A DNA stretch of 32,000 bases from Longivirga aurantiaca (GCF_042660085.1 NZ_JBHSTI010000008.1:180001-212000); one strand, 5' to 3'; positions 8,187 to 28,186 are shown, counted from the stretch's first letter. The notes: generated from the letters alone by a model not told the origin. Translations and numbers: made by a program.

Positions 8187-9095
8187 GTGTCCGAGCCCAC
8201 GTACGACGCCCTGCCCGACGAGCCTGCGCTCGCCGACAGCGGCAGCGTCGACGTCGAGGACGCCGCTGACGCGCCCGCCGCCACCTTCAGCGACGTCGTC
8301 CCCGCCGACGTCACCCCGGCCCCGGCCGAGGACGACGCGGCCGACGAGGACGACGCCGAGGTCGAGGCTGCCGAGGAGACCCCCGAGGTCGAGGCTGCCG
8401 AGGAGACCCCCGAGGCCCAGGCCGTCGGGGAGACCCCGGAGGCCGACGCCCCCGAGGCCCCCGCAGCCGCGGAGCCCGAGGTCCTGGCCGTCGACGACGA
8501 GACCGACCCGGTCGAGGCCTTCCGCGAGCGGATGCGCACCGAGCTCGGCGACTGGTACGTGATCCACAGCTACGCCGGCTACGAGAACAAGGTCAAGACC
8601 AACCTCGAGAGCCGCATCTCCTCCCTGAACATGGAGGACCTCATCTTCCAGTGCGAGGTCCCCATGGAGGAGGTCACCGAGATCAAGAACGGCCAGCGCA
8701 AGCTGGTGCGGCGCAACAAGTTCCCGGGCTACGTCCTCGTCCGCATGGACCTCACGGACGCCTCCTGGGGCACGGTCCGGCACACGCCGGGCGTCACCGG
8801 CTTCGTCGGTCACGGGCACCAGCCCGCGCCGCTGAGCCTGGACGAGGTCGTCAGCATCCTCGCCCCGGTCCCGGAGAAGAAGCCCGGCTCCCCGGCCGCC
8901 GCCGCGGCCGGCGAGGTGATCACCGTCGACTTCTCGGTCGGCGACTCGGTCACCGTCATCGACGGTCCCTTCGCGACGCTCCACGCCACGGTCTCCGAGA
9001 TCAACGTGGACGCCCAGAAGGTCACCGGCCTGGTGGAGATCTTCGGCCGCGAGACTCCGGTCGAGCTCGGTTTCAACCAGATCCAGAAGAACTAG
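8187..9095 (+). CDS. nusG: Transcription termination/antitermination factor NusG with a ~115-aa acidic N-terminal extension, 302 aa
   Basis: GTG after CGAGGAG RBS. NGN domain [19 protein letters not shown] and KOW domain [22 protein letters not shown]. Confidence 0.9.
   Translation: MSEPTYDALPDEPALADSGSVDVEDAADAPAATFSDVVPADVTPAPAEDDAADEDDAEVEAAEETPEVEAAEETPEAQAVGETPEADAPEAPAAAEPEVLAVDDETDPVEAFRERMRTELGDWYVIHSYAGYENKVKTNLESRISSLNMEDLIFQCEVPMEEVTEIKNGQRKLVRRNKFPGYVLVRMDLTDASWGTVRHTPGVTGFVGHGHQPAPLSLDEVVSILAPVPEKKPGSPAAAAAGEVITVDFSVGDSVTVIDGPFATLHATVSEINVDAQKVTGLVEIFGRETPVELGFNQIQKN
8358..8415 (+). repeat. Perfect 27-bp tandem duplication inside nusG (plus 4 nt of a third unit)
   Basis: GAGGTCGAGGCTGCCGAGGAGACCCCC occurs at 8358-8384 and again at 8385-8411. 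It is in frame and encodes EVEAAEETP twice. Confidence 0.9.
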
Positions 9096-9148
9096 GCGTC
9101 CGGCCCGCCCAGGCCGTCCGCACCCATCACGAGCAAGGACCCGAACGC

Positions 9149-9580
9149 ATGCCCCCGAAGAAGAAGGTCTCCGGCCTGATCAAGCTCCAGATCCAGGCCG
9201 GCGCCGCCAACCCCGCGCCCCCGGTCGGTCCGGCGCTGGGTCAGCACGGCGTCAACATCATGGAGTTCTGCAAGGCCTACAACGCCGCGACCGAGTCGCA
9301 GCGCGGTCAGGTCATCCCCGTCGAGATCACGGTGTACGAGGACCGCTCGTTCACGTTCGTGCTCAAGACCCCGCCGGCTGCCCGCCTGATCCTCAAGGCC
9401 GCGGGCGTCGAGAAGGGCGCGGCGAACCCGAAGACCACCAAGGTCGCCTCGATCACCAAGGCGCAGGTCCGCGAGATCGCCGAGACCAAGATGGCCGACC
9501 TCAACGCCAACGACGTCGACAACGCGATGCTCATCATCGAGGGCACCGCCCGCTCGATGGGCGTCACCGTCACCGACTGA
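9149..9580 (+). CDS. rplK: 50S ribosomal protein L11, 143 aa
   Basis: Translation [45 protein letters not shown]... Confidence 0.95.
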   Translation: MPPKKKVSGLIKLQIQAGAANPAPPVGPALGQHGVNIMEFCKAYNAATESQRGQVIPVEITVYEDRSFTFVLKTPPAARLILKAAGVEKGAANPKTTKVASITKAQVREIAETKMADLNANDVDNAMLIIEGTARSMGVTVTD

Positions 9581-9633
9581 CGCGAGCGCCAGCGAGCGTC
9601 GCCGAGGTGACTCGGGACGCCGTCACCGACTGA
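9567..9633 (+). repeat. 14-nt direct repeat: the rplK terminus including its stop, copied 53 nt downstream
   Basis: CCGTCACCGACTGA occurs at 9567-9580 and 9620-9633. Confidence 0.8.
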
Positions 9634-9722
9634 TCTCAGTCACCCGCACGACCAGCACGACGTGGCAGGGCCGAGCGCGGCCCGTCCGACCACGACTCAC
9701 TCGCAACTCCTGAGGAGCAGCA

Positions 9723-10442
9723 ATGAAGCGCAGCAAGGCCTACGCCGCAGGCGCGGAGAGGATCGACCGCGACGCCCTGTACGCACCGCTCGACGCCGTC
9801 CGTCTCGCCCGCGAGACCAACCCCGCGAAGTTCGACGCCACCGTCGAGGTCGCCTTCCGCCTGGGCGTCGACCCGCGCAAGGCCGACCAGATGGTCCGCG
9901 GCACCGTCAACCTCCCGCACGGCACCGGCAAGACCGCTCGGGTCCTGGTCTTCGCCAACGGTGAGAAGGCGGAGGAGGCGCGCGCCGCCGGCGCCGACGT
10001 CGTCGGTGGCGACGAGCTCATCGACAAGGTCGCCGCGGGCTGGACCGACTTCGACGCCGCCGTCTCGACCCCCGACCTCATGGGCAAGGTCGGCCGTCTC
10101 GGCAAGGTGCTGGGCCCGCGCGGCCTCATGCCCAACCCGAAGACCGGCACCGTCACGATGGACGTCGCCAAGGCGGTCACCGAGATCAAGGGCGGCAAGA
10201 TCGAGTTCCGCGTGGACAAGCACTCGAACCTGCACTTCGTGATCGGCAAGGCGTCCTTCTCCGACGAGCAGCTCGTCGAGAACTACGCCGCCGCGCTCGA
10301 CGAGGTGCTGCGTCTCAAGCCGTCCGCCGCCAAGGGCCGCTACCTGAAGAAGGCCACCATCACCACCACGATGGGCCCCGGCGTCCCGGTCGACCCGAAC
10401 CGCACCCGCAACCTCATGTCGGCCGAGGAGGGCTCGGCCTGA
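9723..10442 (+). CDS. rplA: 50S ribosomal protein L1, 239 aa
   Basis: ATG after GAGGAG RBS. Translation [62 protein letters not shown]... Confidence 0.95.
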   Translation: MKRSKAYAAGAERIDRDALYAPLDAVRLARETNPAKFDATVEVAFRLGVDPRKADQMVRGTVNLPHGTGKTARVLVFANGEKAEEARAAGADVVGGDELIDKVAAGWTDFDAAVSTPDLMGKVGRLGKVLGPRGLMPNPKTGTVTMDVAKAVTEIKGGKIEFRVDKHSNLHFVIGKASFSDEQLVENYAAALDEVLRLKPSAAKGRYLKKATITTTMGPGVPVDPNRTRNLMSAEEGSA

Positions 10443-10521
10443 CGCCGAGCCAGCCCGCACCGCCCGCACGACCCTGATCGACCCGAACACCCCGAACGTC
10501 CGTCCTCGGGGCCCACGGATT

Positions 10522-10549
10522 TTGTCCGCGGGCCCCGAGCACGTACTCT
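10522..10549 (+). promoter_or_regulatory. Candidate rplJ-rplL promoter
   Basis: TTGTCC-N16-TACTCT in a locally AT-richer patch about 190 nt upstream of rplJ. Motif match only. Confidence 0.35.
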
Positions 10550-10555
10550 CATCAC

Positions 10556-10738
10556 GCCGAAGACCGCCGGTCGTCGGAGCCCGCAAGGGATCCGACCGAA
10601 GCGTCCGCCGCAAGCGGATGGCCAGCGCAGGTGCCCGTACGACGAACCGCCTCACGGCGGACGCCGCCCCGTGCATCCTGCGCGGGGCTTTTTCTTGTGT
10701 CCGGGGCACTTCTCGGCGGTACCACTGGAAGGAGACCC
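10556..10738 (+). promoter_or_regulatory. Candidate L10 (rplJ) autoregulatory leader RNA
   Basis: A ~180-nt untranslated leader with several GNRA-capped or similar stems (CCC-GCAA-GGG, TCCGC-CGCAA-GCGGA, CCGCC-TCAC-GGCGG) and a terminator-like hairpin. Position matches the known L10-leader class. No covariance model was run. Confidence 0.5.
10666..10696 (+). terminator. Leader attenuator: intrinsic terminator with U-tract upstream of rplJ
   Basis: 8-bp stem GCCCCGTG/CGCGGGGC with a 7-nt loop, followed by TTTTTCTT, 43 nt before the rplJ ATG. Confidence 0.55.
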
Positions 10739-11476
10739 ATGGCGCGGCCCGACAAGGCAGCCGACGTTGCGGCGATCGCGGAGAACTTCCGCACGTCCAA
10801 CGCCACCGTGCTGACCGAGTACCGCGGACTCACCGTGGCGCAGATGAAGACCCTGCGCCGTTCGCTGGGTGAGACCACCAGCTACGCCGTGGTGAAGAAC
10901 ACGCTGACCAAGATCGCTGCGAAGGACGCGGGCGTCGAGGGTCTCGACGACCTGCTCGCCGGCCCCTCCGCTCTCGCGTTCGTCAAGGGCGACCCGGTCG
11001 AGGCCGCCAAGGGTCTGCGTGACTTCGCCAAGGCAAACCCGCTCCTGGTGATCAAGGGCGGCTACATGGACGGCAAGATGCTGTCCGCCGCCGAGATCTC
11101 CAAGCTCGCGGATCTCGAGTCGCGCGAGGTGCTCCTCGCGAAGCTCGCGGGTGCCATGAAGGCGTCGCTGTCGCAGGCAGCCGCGCTCTTCCAGGCCCCG
11201 CTCGCGCAGGCCGCTCGCACGATCGAGGCTCTGCGTGTCAAGGCCGAGGCCGACCCCTCGGTCATCGGTGGTGCGGGCGCTGCAGCTGCAGCCGCTCCTG
11301 CCGCCGAGGCTGCTCCGGCTGCCGAGGAGGAGCCCGCTGCTGACGCCGCGGACGCCGCCGAGGTCGTCGAGGACGCCGTCGTCGAGACCCCTGAGGCTGC
11401 CGAGGCTCCCGCCGCGGCCGCTGACGAGGTCGTTGCCGAGGCTGCGGCCGAGGCCGGCGAGACCACCGAGGGCTGA
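10739..11476 (+). CDS. rplJ: 50S ribosomal protein L10 with a ~70-aa acidic Ala-rich C-terminal extension, 245 aa
   Basis: ATG after GGAAGGAGA RBS. Translation [44 protein letters not shown].... The ORF continues in one frame to 11476 with no earlier stop. Confidence 0.9.
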   Translation: MARPDKAADVAAIAENFRTSNATVLTEYRGLTVAQMKTLRRSLGETTSYAVVKNTLTKIAAKDAGVEGLDDLLAGPSALAFVKGDPVEAAKGLRDFAKANPLLVIKGGYMDGKMLSAAEISKLADLESREVLLAKLAGAMKASLSQAAALFQAPLAQAARTIEALRVKAEADPSVIGGAGAAAAAAPAAEAAPAAEEEPAADAADAAEVVEDAVVETPEAAEAPAAAADEVVAEAAAEAGETTEG

Positions 11477-11546
11477 CGCCCACTCCACCCGAGACGTACG
11501 TCTTGCCCCGGCCGGACGCACAAGAACCAGGAAGGAACGCCGCATC

Positions 11547-11936
11547 ATGGCGAAGCTCAGCACCGACGAGCTCCTTGAGGCCTTCAAGGAGATGACCCTC
11601 ATCGAGCTCTCCGAGTTCGTGAAGCAGTTCGAGGAGACCTTCGAGGTCACCGCCGCCGCTCCCGTCGCCATGGCCGTCGCGCCCGGCGCCGGTGGTGGCG
11701 CTGCCGCCGAGGAGGCCGAGGCTCAGGACGAGTTCGACGTCATCCTCGAGGACGCCGGCGACAAGAAGATCCAGGTCATCAAGGAGGTGCGCACCCTCAC
11801 GAACCTGGGCCTCAAGGAGGCCAAGGACCTCGTCGAGGCCGCGCCGAAGGCCGTCCTGGAGAAGGTCAAGAAGGACGACGCCGACAAGGCCAAGGAGGCC
11901 CTCGAGGCCGCTGGCGCCAAGGTCACCGTCAAGTAG
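11547..11936 (+). CDS. rplL: 50S ribosomal protein L7/L12, 129 aa
   Basis: Translation [39 protein letters not shown]...[24 protein letters not shown]... Confidence 0.95.
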   Translation: MAKLSTDELLEAFKEMTLIELSEFVKQFEETFEVTAAAPVAMAVAPGAGGGAAAEEAEAQDEFDVILEDAGDKKIQVIKEVRTLTNLGLKEAKDLVEAAPKAVLEKVKKDDADKAKEALEAAGAKVTVK

Positions 11937-11982
11937 TTCCGGCCTCCGGGATCACTGCTCGACCTGCTCCACCGCACTGCTC

Positions 11983-12018
11983 GAACGGGCGGCACCCCAC
12001 CAGGGGTGCCGCCCGTTC
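11983..12018 (+). terminator. rplL-distal hairpin (terminator/attenuator before rpoB)
   Basis: 16-bp perfect stem GAACGGGCGGCACCCC/GGGGTGCCGCCCGTTC with loop ACCA and no U-tract. Confidence 0.55.
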
Positions 12019-12293
12019 TGCCGTCCCCAGGGCACCCGTCCGGCGGGGCCCTCGTGCTCGAACGTCCGGATATCGGGGAGCGGCGGGTCACGAACAGGCG
12101 AACTTGTCCACCGGAGGGGCGCCCGGTGCTTGACTCCCCGCCCCCACTGCGGTCACCATCGGACCGCGCTAGAACCCCCGGGCGGGACGCCCGTGGGACG
12201 AGGTCCGCCCCGTGCGAGCCGCCTACCGCCCGCTGTCGAGCGGGGGCAGGCTCCGGGTCGAGACGATGTCCTGCGGAGGCCGACGACCGGGAC

Positions 12294-12323
12294 TCGACAG
12301 CAGCACGCCCTCACGGGTATGCT
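12294..12323 (+). promoter_or_regulatory. Candidate internal promoter for rpoB-rpoC
   Basis: TCGACA-N18-TATGCT, about 100 nt upstream of the rpoB start. Motif match only. Confidence 0.35.
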
Positions 12324-12419
12324 GCCGCTTTGCGCTGTCCTTTCCCTGCCGTGCCCACTGGACACGGCGTGATCGGCGTGCGCGCTCGTAGGTCCGCGAA
12401 GCCTCGGAAAGGATGCCTC

Positions 12420-15890
<3,471 letters not shown>

Positions 15891-15896
15891 GCCGCT

Positions 15897-15926
15897 GCGG
15901 CGGTCGGCTCACCAGCCGGCCGCCGC
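15897..15926 (+). other. Strong hairpin in the rpoB-rpoC spacer
   Basis: 13-bp stem GCGGCGGTCGGCT/AGCCGGCCGCCGC (one G:U pair) with loop CACC, starting 7 nt after the rpoB stop. Confidence 0.5.
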
Positions 15927-15973
15927 GCCCTCGGACACCTGACGAGACCGAACCACGAGTGAGGACATAACAC

Positions 15974-19849
<3,876 letters not shown>

Positions 19850-19937
19850 GGCCGAGCGGAGGGCGCGAGCCGAGGAACGAGGCTCAGGCGCTCTCCCGAG
19901 GCCGAAGCACGTTCGCGATGCGAAGCATCGCGTTACC

Positions 19938-20007
19938 GGGTGAAGCCGAAAGGCTGAAGCCGAAAGGCTGAAGCCCAAAGGCTGAAGACCACGGGCTGAG
20001 GCCCACT
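19938..20007 (+). repeat. 14-nt tandem repeat, 5 units, in the rpoC 3' UTR
   Basis: Units are GGGTGAAGCCGAAA, GGCTGAAGCCGAAA, GGCTGAAGCCCAAA, GGCTGAAGACCACG and GGCTGAGGCCCACT. Degeneracy increases toward the 3' end. Confidence 0.85.
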
Positions 20008-20014
20008 GAACGGC

Positions 20015-20054
20015 CCGAGAGGGGCGTCCCGCGCGAGCGGGGCGCCCCTCTCGG
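20015..20054 (+). terminator. rpoC terminator hairpin
   Basis: 18-bp stem CCGAGAGGGGCGTCCCGC / GCGGGGCGCCCCTCTCGG (one G:U pair) capped by a GCGA tetraloop. Confidence 0.65.
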
Positions 20055-20170
20055 CGTGCGGGGGCTTGCGGGAGGCGCCGGGCACCCTGCGCGCCTGCCG
20101 TGCCAGCAGAGGCGGGTTCCCGGCGTTTTCCTGCGGGCCCTGGAGGAGCGGCCGTGGCAGGGTGGTCCGC

Positions 20171-20497
20171 ATGTCCGACCAGGTCCCTCCGCCCCCCGGC
20201 CACGTGCCGGAGCCCGTCCCGGTCGCCCTGCCGCGCACCTCGTCCAACGCCGTGGTCGCCGTGGTGCTCGCGATCTGCTCGTACCTCGCCTGCCCGGTCG
20301 TCGCCGCGGTCGTGGCCCTGTTCCTCGCCGGCGCGGCCGAGCGCGAGATCAAGGCCTCGGGGGGCTGGGTGACCGGCGAGGGCCTCGTGAAGGGGGCGCG
20401 GATCGCCGCGTGGATCAACATCGCGCTGACCGTCCTCGTGCTGCTGTTCATCGTGCTCGTGCTGGCGGCGGCGCGTACCACCTCGACCGTGAGCTAG
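20171..20497 (+). CDS. Small membrane protein, DUF4190-like, 108 aa
   Basis: ATG start, very high GC3, Pro-rich N-terminus and two predicted TM segments (AVVAVVLAICSYLACPVVAAVVALFLAG; IAAWINIALTVLVLLFIVLVLAA). The RBS is weak. Confidence 0.65.
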   Translation: MSDQVPPPPGHVPEPVPVALPRTSSNAVVAVVLAICSYLACPVVAAVVALFLAGAAEREIKASGGWVTGEGLVKGARIAAWINIALTVLVLLFIVLVLAAARTTSTVS

Positions 20498-20582
20498 TTC
20501 ACCGATATCAGGACGGAATCGTCCGATGAGCAGGGCGTGAGCAGGGACACGCCGTACGGGACCCCGAGGAGGGGTCACCGTT

Positions 20583-20612
20583 TTGACCCCAGCCTCCGGG
20601 CCTGGGTAGTCT
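20583..20612 (+). promoter_or_regulatory. Candidate str-operon (rpsL) promoter
   Basis: TTGACC-N18-TAGTCT, the best sigma-70-like match in the window, about 210 nt upstream of rpsL. Confidence 0.45.
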
Positions 20613-20823
20613 CTCTCCCTGTGCCTGGGCGAGTCCCGGGTGCCTGCGCGCGTGCGCGGCCCGCTTTCGTGGCCTCGTCGCACGGCTGACCTCCATATCG
20701 GGAGACTGCGTCGCTGCCCGCAAGGGCACACAGCGACACGCCCGAGCGCGGGGGTCGGTGCACCAGGCACCTTGGAACCGCTCGGGACGACCGAGAAACG
20801 TCAGCGAACACGACGGAGACGCA

Positions 20824-21198
20824 GTGCCCACGATCCAGCAGCTGGTCCGCAAGGGCCGGCAGGACAAGGTCTCGAAGAACAAGACCCCCGCGCTCAAGGG
20901 AAGCCCCCAGCGCCGGGGCGTCTGCACGCGCGTCTACACGACGACCCCGAAGAAGCCGAACTCGGCTCTTCGCAAGGTCGCTCGCGTCCGCCTCACCAGC
21001 GGCATCGAGGTCACCGCGTACATCCCCGGTGTGGGCCACAACCTCCAGGAGCACTCGATCGTGCTCGTCCGCGGTGGTCGTGTGAAGGACCTCCCCGGTG
21101 TCCGCTACAAGATCATCCGCGGCGCGCTCGACACCCAGGGCGTCAAGAACCGCAAGCAGGCTCGCAGCCGTTACGGCGCGAAGAAGGAGAAGAGCTGA
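20824..21198 (+). CDS. rpsL: 30S ribosomal protein S12, 124 aa
   Basis: GTG after GGAGA RBS. Translation [51 protein letters not shown].... K43 and K88 equivalents are wild type. Confidence 0.95.
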   Translation: MPTIQQLVRKGRQDKVSKNKTPALKGSPQRRGVCTRVYTTTPKKPNSALRKVARVRLTSGIEVTAYIPGVGHNLQEHSIVLVRGGRVKDLPGVRYKIIRGALDTQGVKNRKQARSRYGAKKEKS

Positions 21199-21668
21199 TG
21201 CCTCGCAAGGGCCCCGCTCCGAAGCGTCCGATCGTCGTCGACCCCGTCTACGGCTCGCCGCTCGTCACGCAGCTGATCAACAAGGTGCTGCTCGACGGCA
21301 AGAAGTCCACCGCTGAGCGCATCGTGTACGGCGCGCTCGAGGGCTGCCGTGAGAAGACCGGCACCGACCCGGTCGTCACGCTCAAGCGCGCGATGGACAA
21401 CGTCAAGCCGACCCTCGAGGTCCGCAGCCGCCGCGTCGGCGGTGCGACCTACCAGGTCCCCGTCGAGGTGCGTCCCGGCCGCAGCACCACGCTCGCGCTG
21501 CGCTGGCTCATCACCTTCTCGCGCCAGCGTCGTGAGAAGACCATGACCGAGCGCCTCATGAACGAGCTGCTCGACGCCAGCAACGGCCTCGGCGCCAGCG
21601 TCAAGCGCCGCGAGGACATGCACAAGATGGCCGAGTCCAACAAGGCTTTCGCGCACTACCGCTGGTAG
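21198..21668 (+). CDS. rpsG: 30S ribosomal protein S7, 156 aa
   Basis: ATG overlaps the rpsL stop (TGATG). Translation [47 protein letters not shown]... Confidence 0.95.
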   Translation: MPRKGPAPKRPIVVDPVYGSPLVTQLINKVLLDGKKSTAERIVYGALEGCREKTGTDPVVTLKRAMDNVKPTLEVRSRRVGGATYQVPVEVRPGRSTTLALRWLITFSRQRREKTMTERLMNELLDASNGLGASVKRREDMHKMAESNKAFAHYRW

Positions 21669-21731
21669 ACCCGCCGCCCCTCGCGAGCAGCACCCAGACC
21701 CACAGACCACTTCGGATTCGGAGCCCTCACC

Positions 21732-23840
<2,109 letters not shown>

Positions 23841-23988
23841 TACTCGCCGGGCACCCCGGGGTGATCGACCGCGCCAGCGTGAGAGAGCCCGCCCAGCACG
23901 ACCAGCAACACCAGCTCCACCCAAGACAACTGATCACCAGGACCTACGTCGTACGGCGTAAATCATCCGCAGTCCACAGGAGGACACC

Positions 23989-25182
<1,194 letters not shown>

Positions 25183-25196
25183 CACCCCTGGCGACA

Positions 25197-25232
25197 GCGG
25201 TCGGGCCTGACCGAGAGCGAAGGCCCGACCGC
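25197..25232 (+). terminator. tuf terminator hairpin
   Basis: 11-bp stem GCGGTCGGGCC/GGCCCGACCGC with a 14-nt loop, starting 15 nt after the TAA stop. Confidence 0.55.
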
Positions 25233-25309
25233 GTCCCACCGGGACGCCTCCCTCACCGGGAGTCGCCCCATCCCAGCGGCACACGAAAGAGAAGGACACC
25301 GAAGCCATC

Positions 25310-25618
25310 ATGGCGGGACAGAAGATCCGCATCCGGCTCAAGGCCTACGACCACGAGGTCATCGACTCCTCGGCGCGCAAGATCGTCGAGACGGTGACGC
25401 GTACTGGTGCGCAGGTTGCGGGCCCGGTGCCGCTGCCGACGGAGAAGAACGTCTACTGCGTCATCCGCTCGCCGCACAAGTACAAGGACAGCCGCGAGCA
25501 CTTTGAGATGCGCACCCACAAGCGCCTCATCGACATCCTCGACCCCACGCCGAAGACCGTCGACTCGCTGATGCGACTCGACCTCCCGGCCGGTGTCGAC
25601 ATCGAGATCAAGCTCTGA
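25310..25618 (+). CDS. rpsJ: 30S ribosomal protein S10, 102 aa
   Basis: Translation [76 protein letters not shown]... Confidence 0.95.
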   Translation: MAGQKIRIRLKAYDHEVIDSSARKIVETVTRTGAQVAGPVPLPTEKNVYCVIRSPHKYKDSREHFEMRTHKRLIDILDPTPKTVDSLMRLDLPAGVDIEIKL

Positions 25619-25632
25619 GGAACGTAGCCACC

Positions 25633-26277
25633 ATGAGCAAGCAGATGAAGGGGTTGCTGGGCGAGAAGCTCGGTATGACCCAGGTCTGGGACGAGAACAA
25701 TCGCGTCGTCCCCGTGACCGTGGTCAAGGCCGGGCCCTGTGTCGTCACGCAGATCAAGACCCCCGAGCAGGACGGCTACAGCTCCGTCCAGATCGCGTTC
25801 GGCGCCGTCGACCCGCGCAAGGTGAACAAGCCGGCTACCGGCCACTTCACCAAGGCGGGCGTCACGCCGCGTCGCCACCTGGTCGAGCTGCGTACCGACG
25901 ACGCGTCCGAGTACGCCGTCGGTCAGGAGCTCGTCGTCGACACGTTCGAGGCCGGTCAGGTCATCGACGTCGTCGGCACGACCAAGGGCAAGGGCTACGC
26001 CGGTGTCATGAAGCGTCACGGCTTCCACGGCGTCGGCGCCTCCCACGGTGCGCACCGCAACCACCGCAAGCCGGGCTCCATCGGCGGCTGCGCGACCCCC
26101 GGCCGTGTCTTCAAGGGCATGCGCATGGCGGGCCGCATGGGTGTTGCGCGCCAGACCACCCAGAACCTCACGATCCACGCGGTGGACGCCGAGAACGGCC
26201 TCATCCTGATCAAGGGTGCGGTTCCCGGTCCCAAGGGCGGCCTCGTGCTCGTCCGCACGTCCGCGAAGGGGGCCTGA
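25633..26277 (+). CDS. rplC: 50S ribosomal protein L3, 214 aa
   Basis: Translation [43 protein letters not shown]... Confidence 0.95.
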   Translation: MSKQMKGLLGEKLGMTQVWDENNRVVPVTVVKAGPCVVTQIKTPEQDGYSSVQIAFGAVDPRKVNKPATGHFTKAGVTPRRHLVELRTDDASEYAVGQELVVDTFEAGQVIDVVGTTKGKGYAGVMKRHGFHGVGASHGAHRNHRKPGSIGGCATPGRVFKGMRMAGRMGVARQTTQNLTIHAVDAENGLILIKGAVPGPKGGLVLVRTSAKGA

Positions 26278-26281
26278 CCTC

Positions 26282-27001
26282 ATGGCCAAGCTCGACACCG
26301 CTGAGCTCCCCGAGGTCACCTCGGTCGAGATCAAGACGCCGGCCGGCAAGGCCGCGGGCACCGCTGACCTCCCCTCCGAGGTCTTCGGCGTCCAGGTCAA
26401 CGTGCCGCTGATCCACCAGGTCGTCGTCGCGCAGCTCGCTGCCGCCCGTCAGGGCACGCACGACACCAAGAGCCGCGGCGAGGTCCGCGGTGGTGGTCGC
26501 AAGCCGTACAAGCAGAAGGGCACCGGTCGTGCCCGTCAGGGCTCGACCCGCGCGCCGCAGTTCACCGGCGGTGGCGTGGTCCACGGCCCGACGCCGCGCG
26601 ACTACTCCCAGCGCACGCCCAAGAAGATGAAGGCTGCCGCACTTCGCGGTGCCCTGTCGGACCGCGCCCGCAACGGCCGCGTCCACGTCGTCACGGGCAT
26701 CGTCGAGGGGGAGACCCCCTCGACCAAGGCCGCCGTGCAGGCCCTGGCCGCGATCAGCGACCGCCGCAACCTGCTCGTCGTGCTCGAGCGCGAGGACGAC
26801 GTTTCGTGGCTCTCGCTGCGCAACGTGCCGAGCGTCCACCTGCTCGTGCACGACCAGCTCAACACCTACGACGTGCTCGTGAGCGACGACGTCATCTTCA
26901 CCCAGGGCGCGCTCGCCGCGTTCGTCGCCGGTCCCAAGACCGGCAAGGGTGCGAAGGCTGTCGCAACCGAGTCCGAGGCGAACGAGGAGGCTTCGCAGTG
27001 A
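26282..27001 (+). CDS. rplD: 50S ribosomal protein L4, 239 aa
   Basis: ATG 4 nt after the rplC stop. Translation [46 protein letters not shown]. Short acidic C-terminal tail. Confidence 0.93.
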   Translation: MAKLDTAELPEVTSVEIKTPAGKAAGTADLPSEVFGVQVNVPLIHQVVVAQLAAARQGTHDTKSRGEVRGGGRKPYKQKGTGRARQGSTRAPQFTGGGVVHGPTPRDYSQRTPKKMKAAALRGALSDRARNGRVHVVTGIVEGETPSTKAAVQALAAISDRRNLLVVLEREDDVSWLSLRNVPSVHLLVHDQLNTYDVLVSDDVIFTQGALAAFVAGPKTGKGAKAVATESEANEEASQ

Positions 27002-27300
27002 GCCGCATCAGCGACCCGCGCGACATCCTGCTCGCGCCCGTCATCTCCGAGAAGAGCTACGGCCTCCTCGACGAGAACAAGTACACGTTCATCGTGTCGC
27101 CCGACGCCAACAAGACCCAGATCAAGATCGCGGTCGAGCAGGTCTTCGGCGTCAAGGTGACCGGCGTGAACACGATCAACCGCCAGGGCAAGCGCACGCG
27201 TACGCGCACCGGGTTCGGCAAGCGTGCCGACACCAAGCGCGCCATCGTGAGCCTCGCTGACGGCGACCGCATCGACATCTTCGGCGGTCCGGTCTCCTGA
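26998..27300 (+). CDS. rplW: 50S ribosomal protein L23, 100 aa
   Basis: GTG overlaps the rplD stop (GTGA). Translation [49 protein letters not shown]. Confidence 0.93.
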   Translation: MSRISDPRDILLAPVISEKSYGLLDENKYTFIVSPDANKTQIKIAVEQVFGVKVTGVNTINRQGKRTRTRTGFGKRADTKRAIVSLADGDRIDIFGGPVS

Positions 27301-27335
27301 CCGGGCACCCGTAACCGACGAGGAAGAGAAACCCG

Positions 27336-28172
<837 letters not shown>

Positions 28173-28186
28173 GGGAGCACCACCTC

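Noticed and set aside
6297-9095. 932-aa + strand ORF
   Set aside because: It is a chimera. The first ~400 codons are antisense to aspC, it reads through tRNA-Trp, and only the last 302 codons (from GTG 8187) are NusG.
12006-12419. 138-codon N-terminal extension of the rpoB ORF
   Set aside because: Codon usage is poor, with rare AGA, AGG, CGA, TCA and TGT codons. It overlaps the rplL terminator hairpin. The TTG at 12420 has a good RBS and gives the conserved AASR... N-terminus.
19938-20007. Tandem array considered as a CRISPR or mobile-element terminal repeat
   Set aside because: The units are only 14 nt, directly abutting with no spacers. No cas genes, transposase or flanking inverted repeats are present.
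20056-20529. Alternative overlapping + frame ORFs (157 aa and 90 aa) across the DUF4190-like gene
   Set aside because: Their translations are Arg/Pro/Gly-rich with low GC3. Only the 20171-20497 frame gives TM helices and coding-like codon bias.
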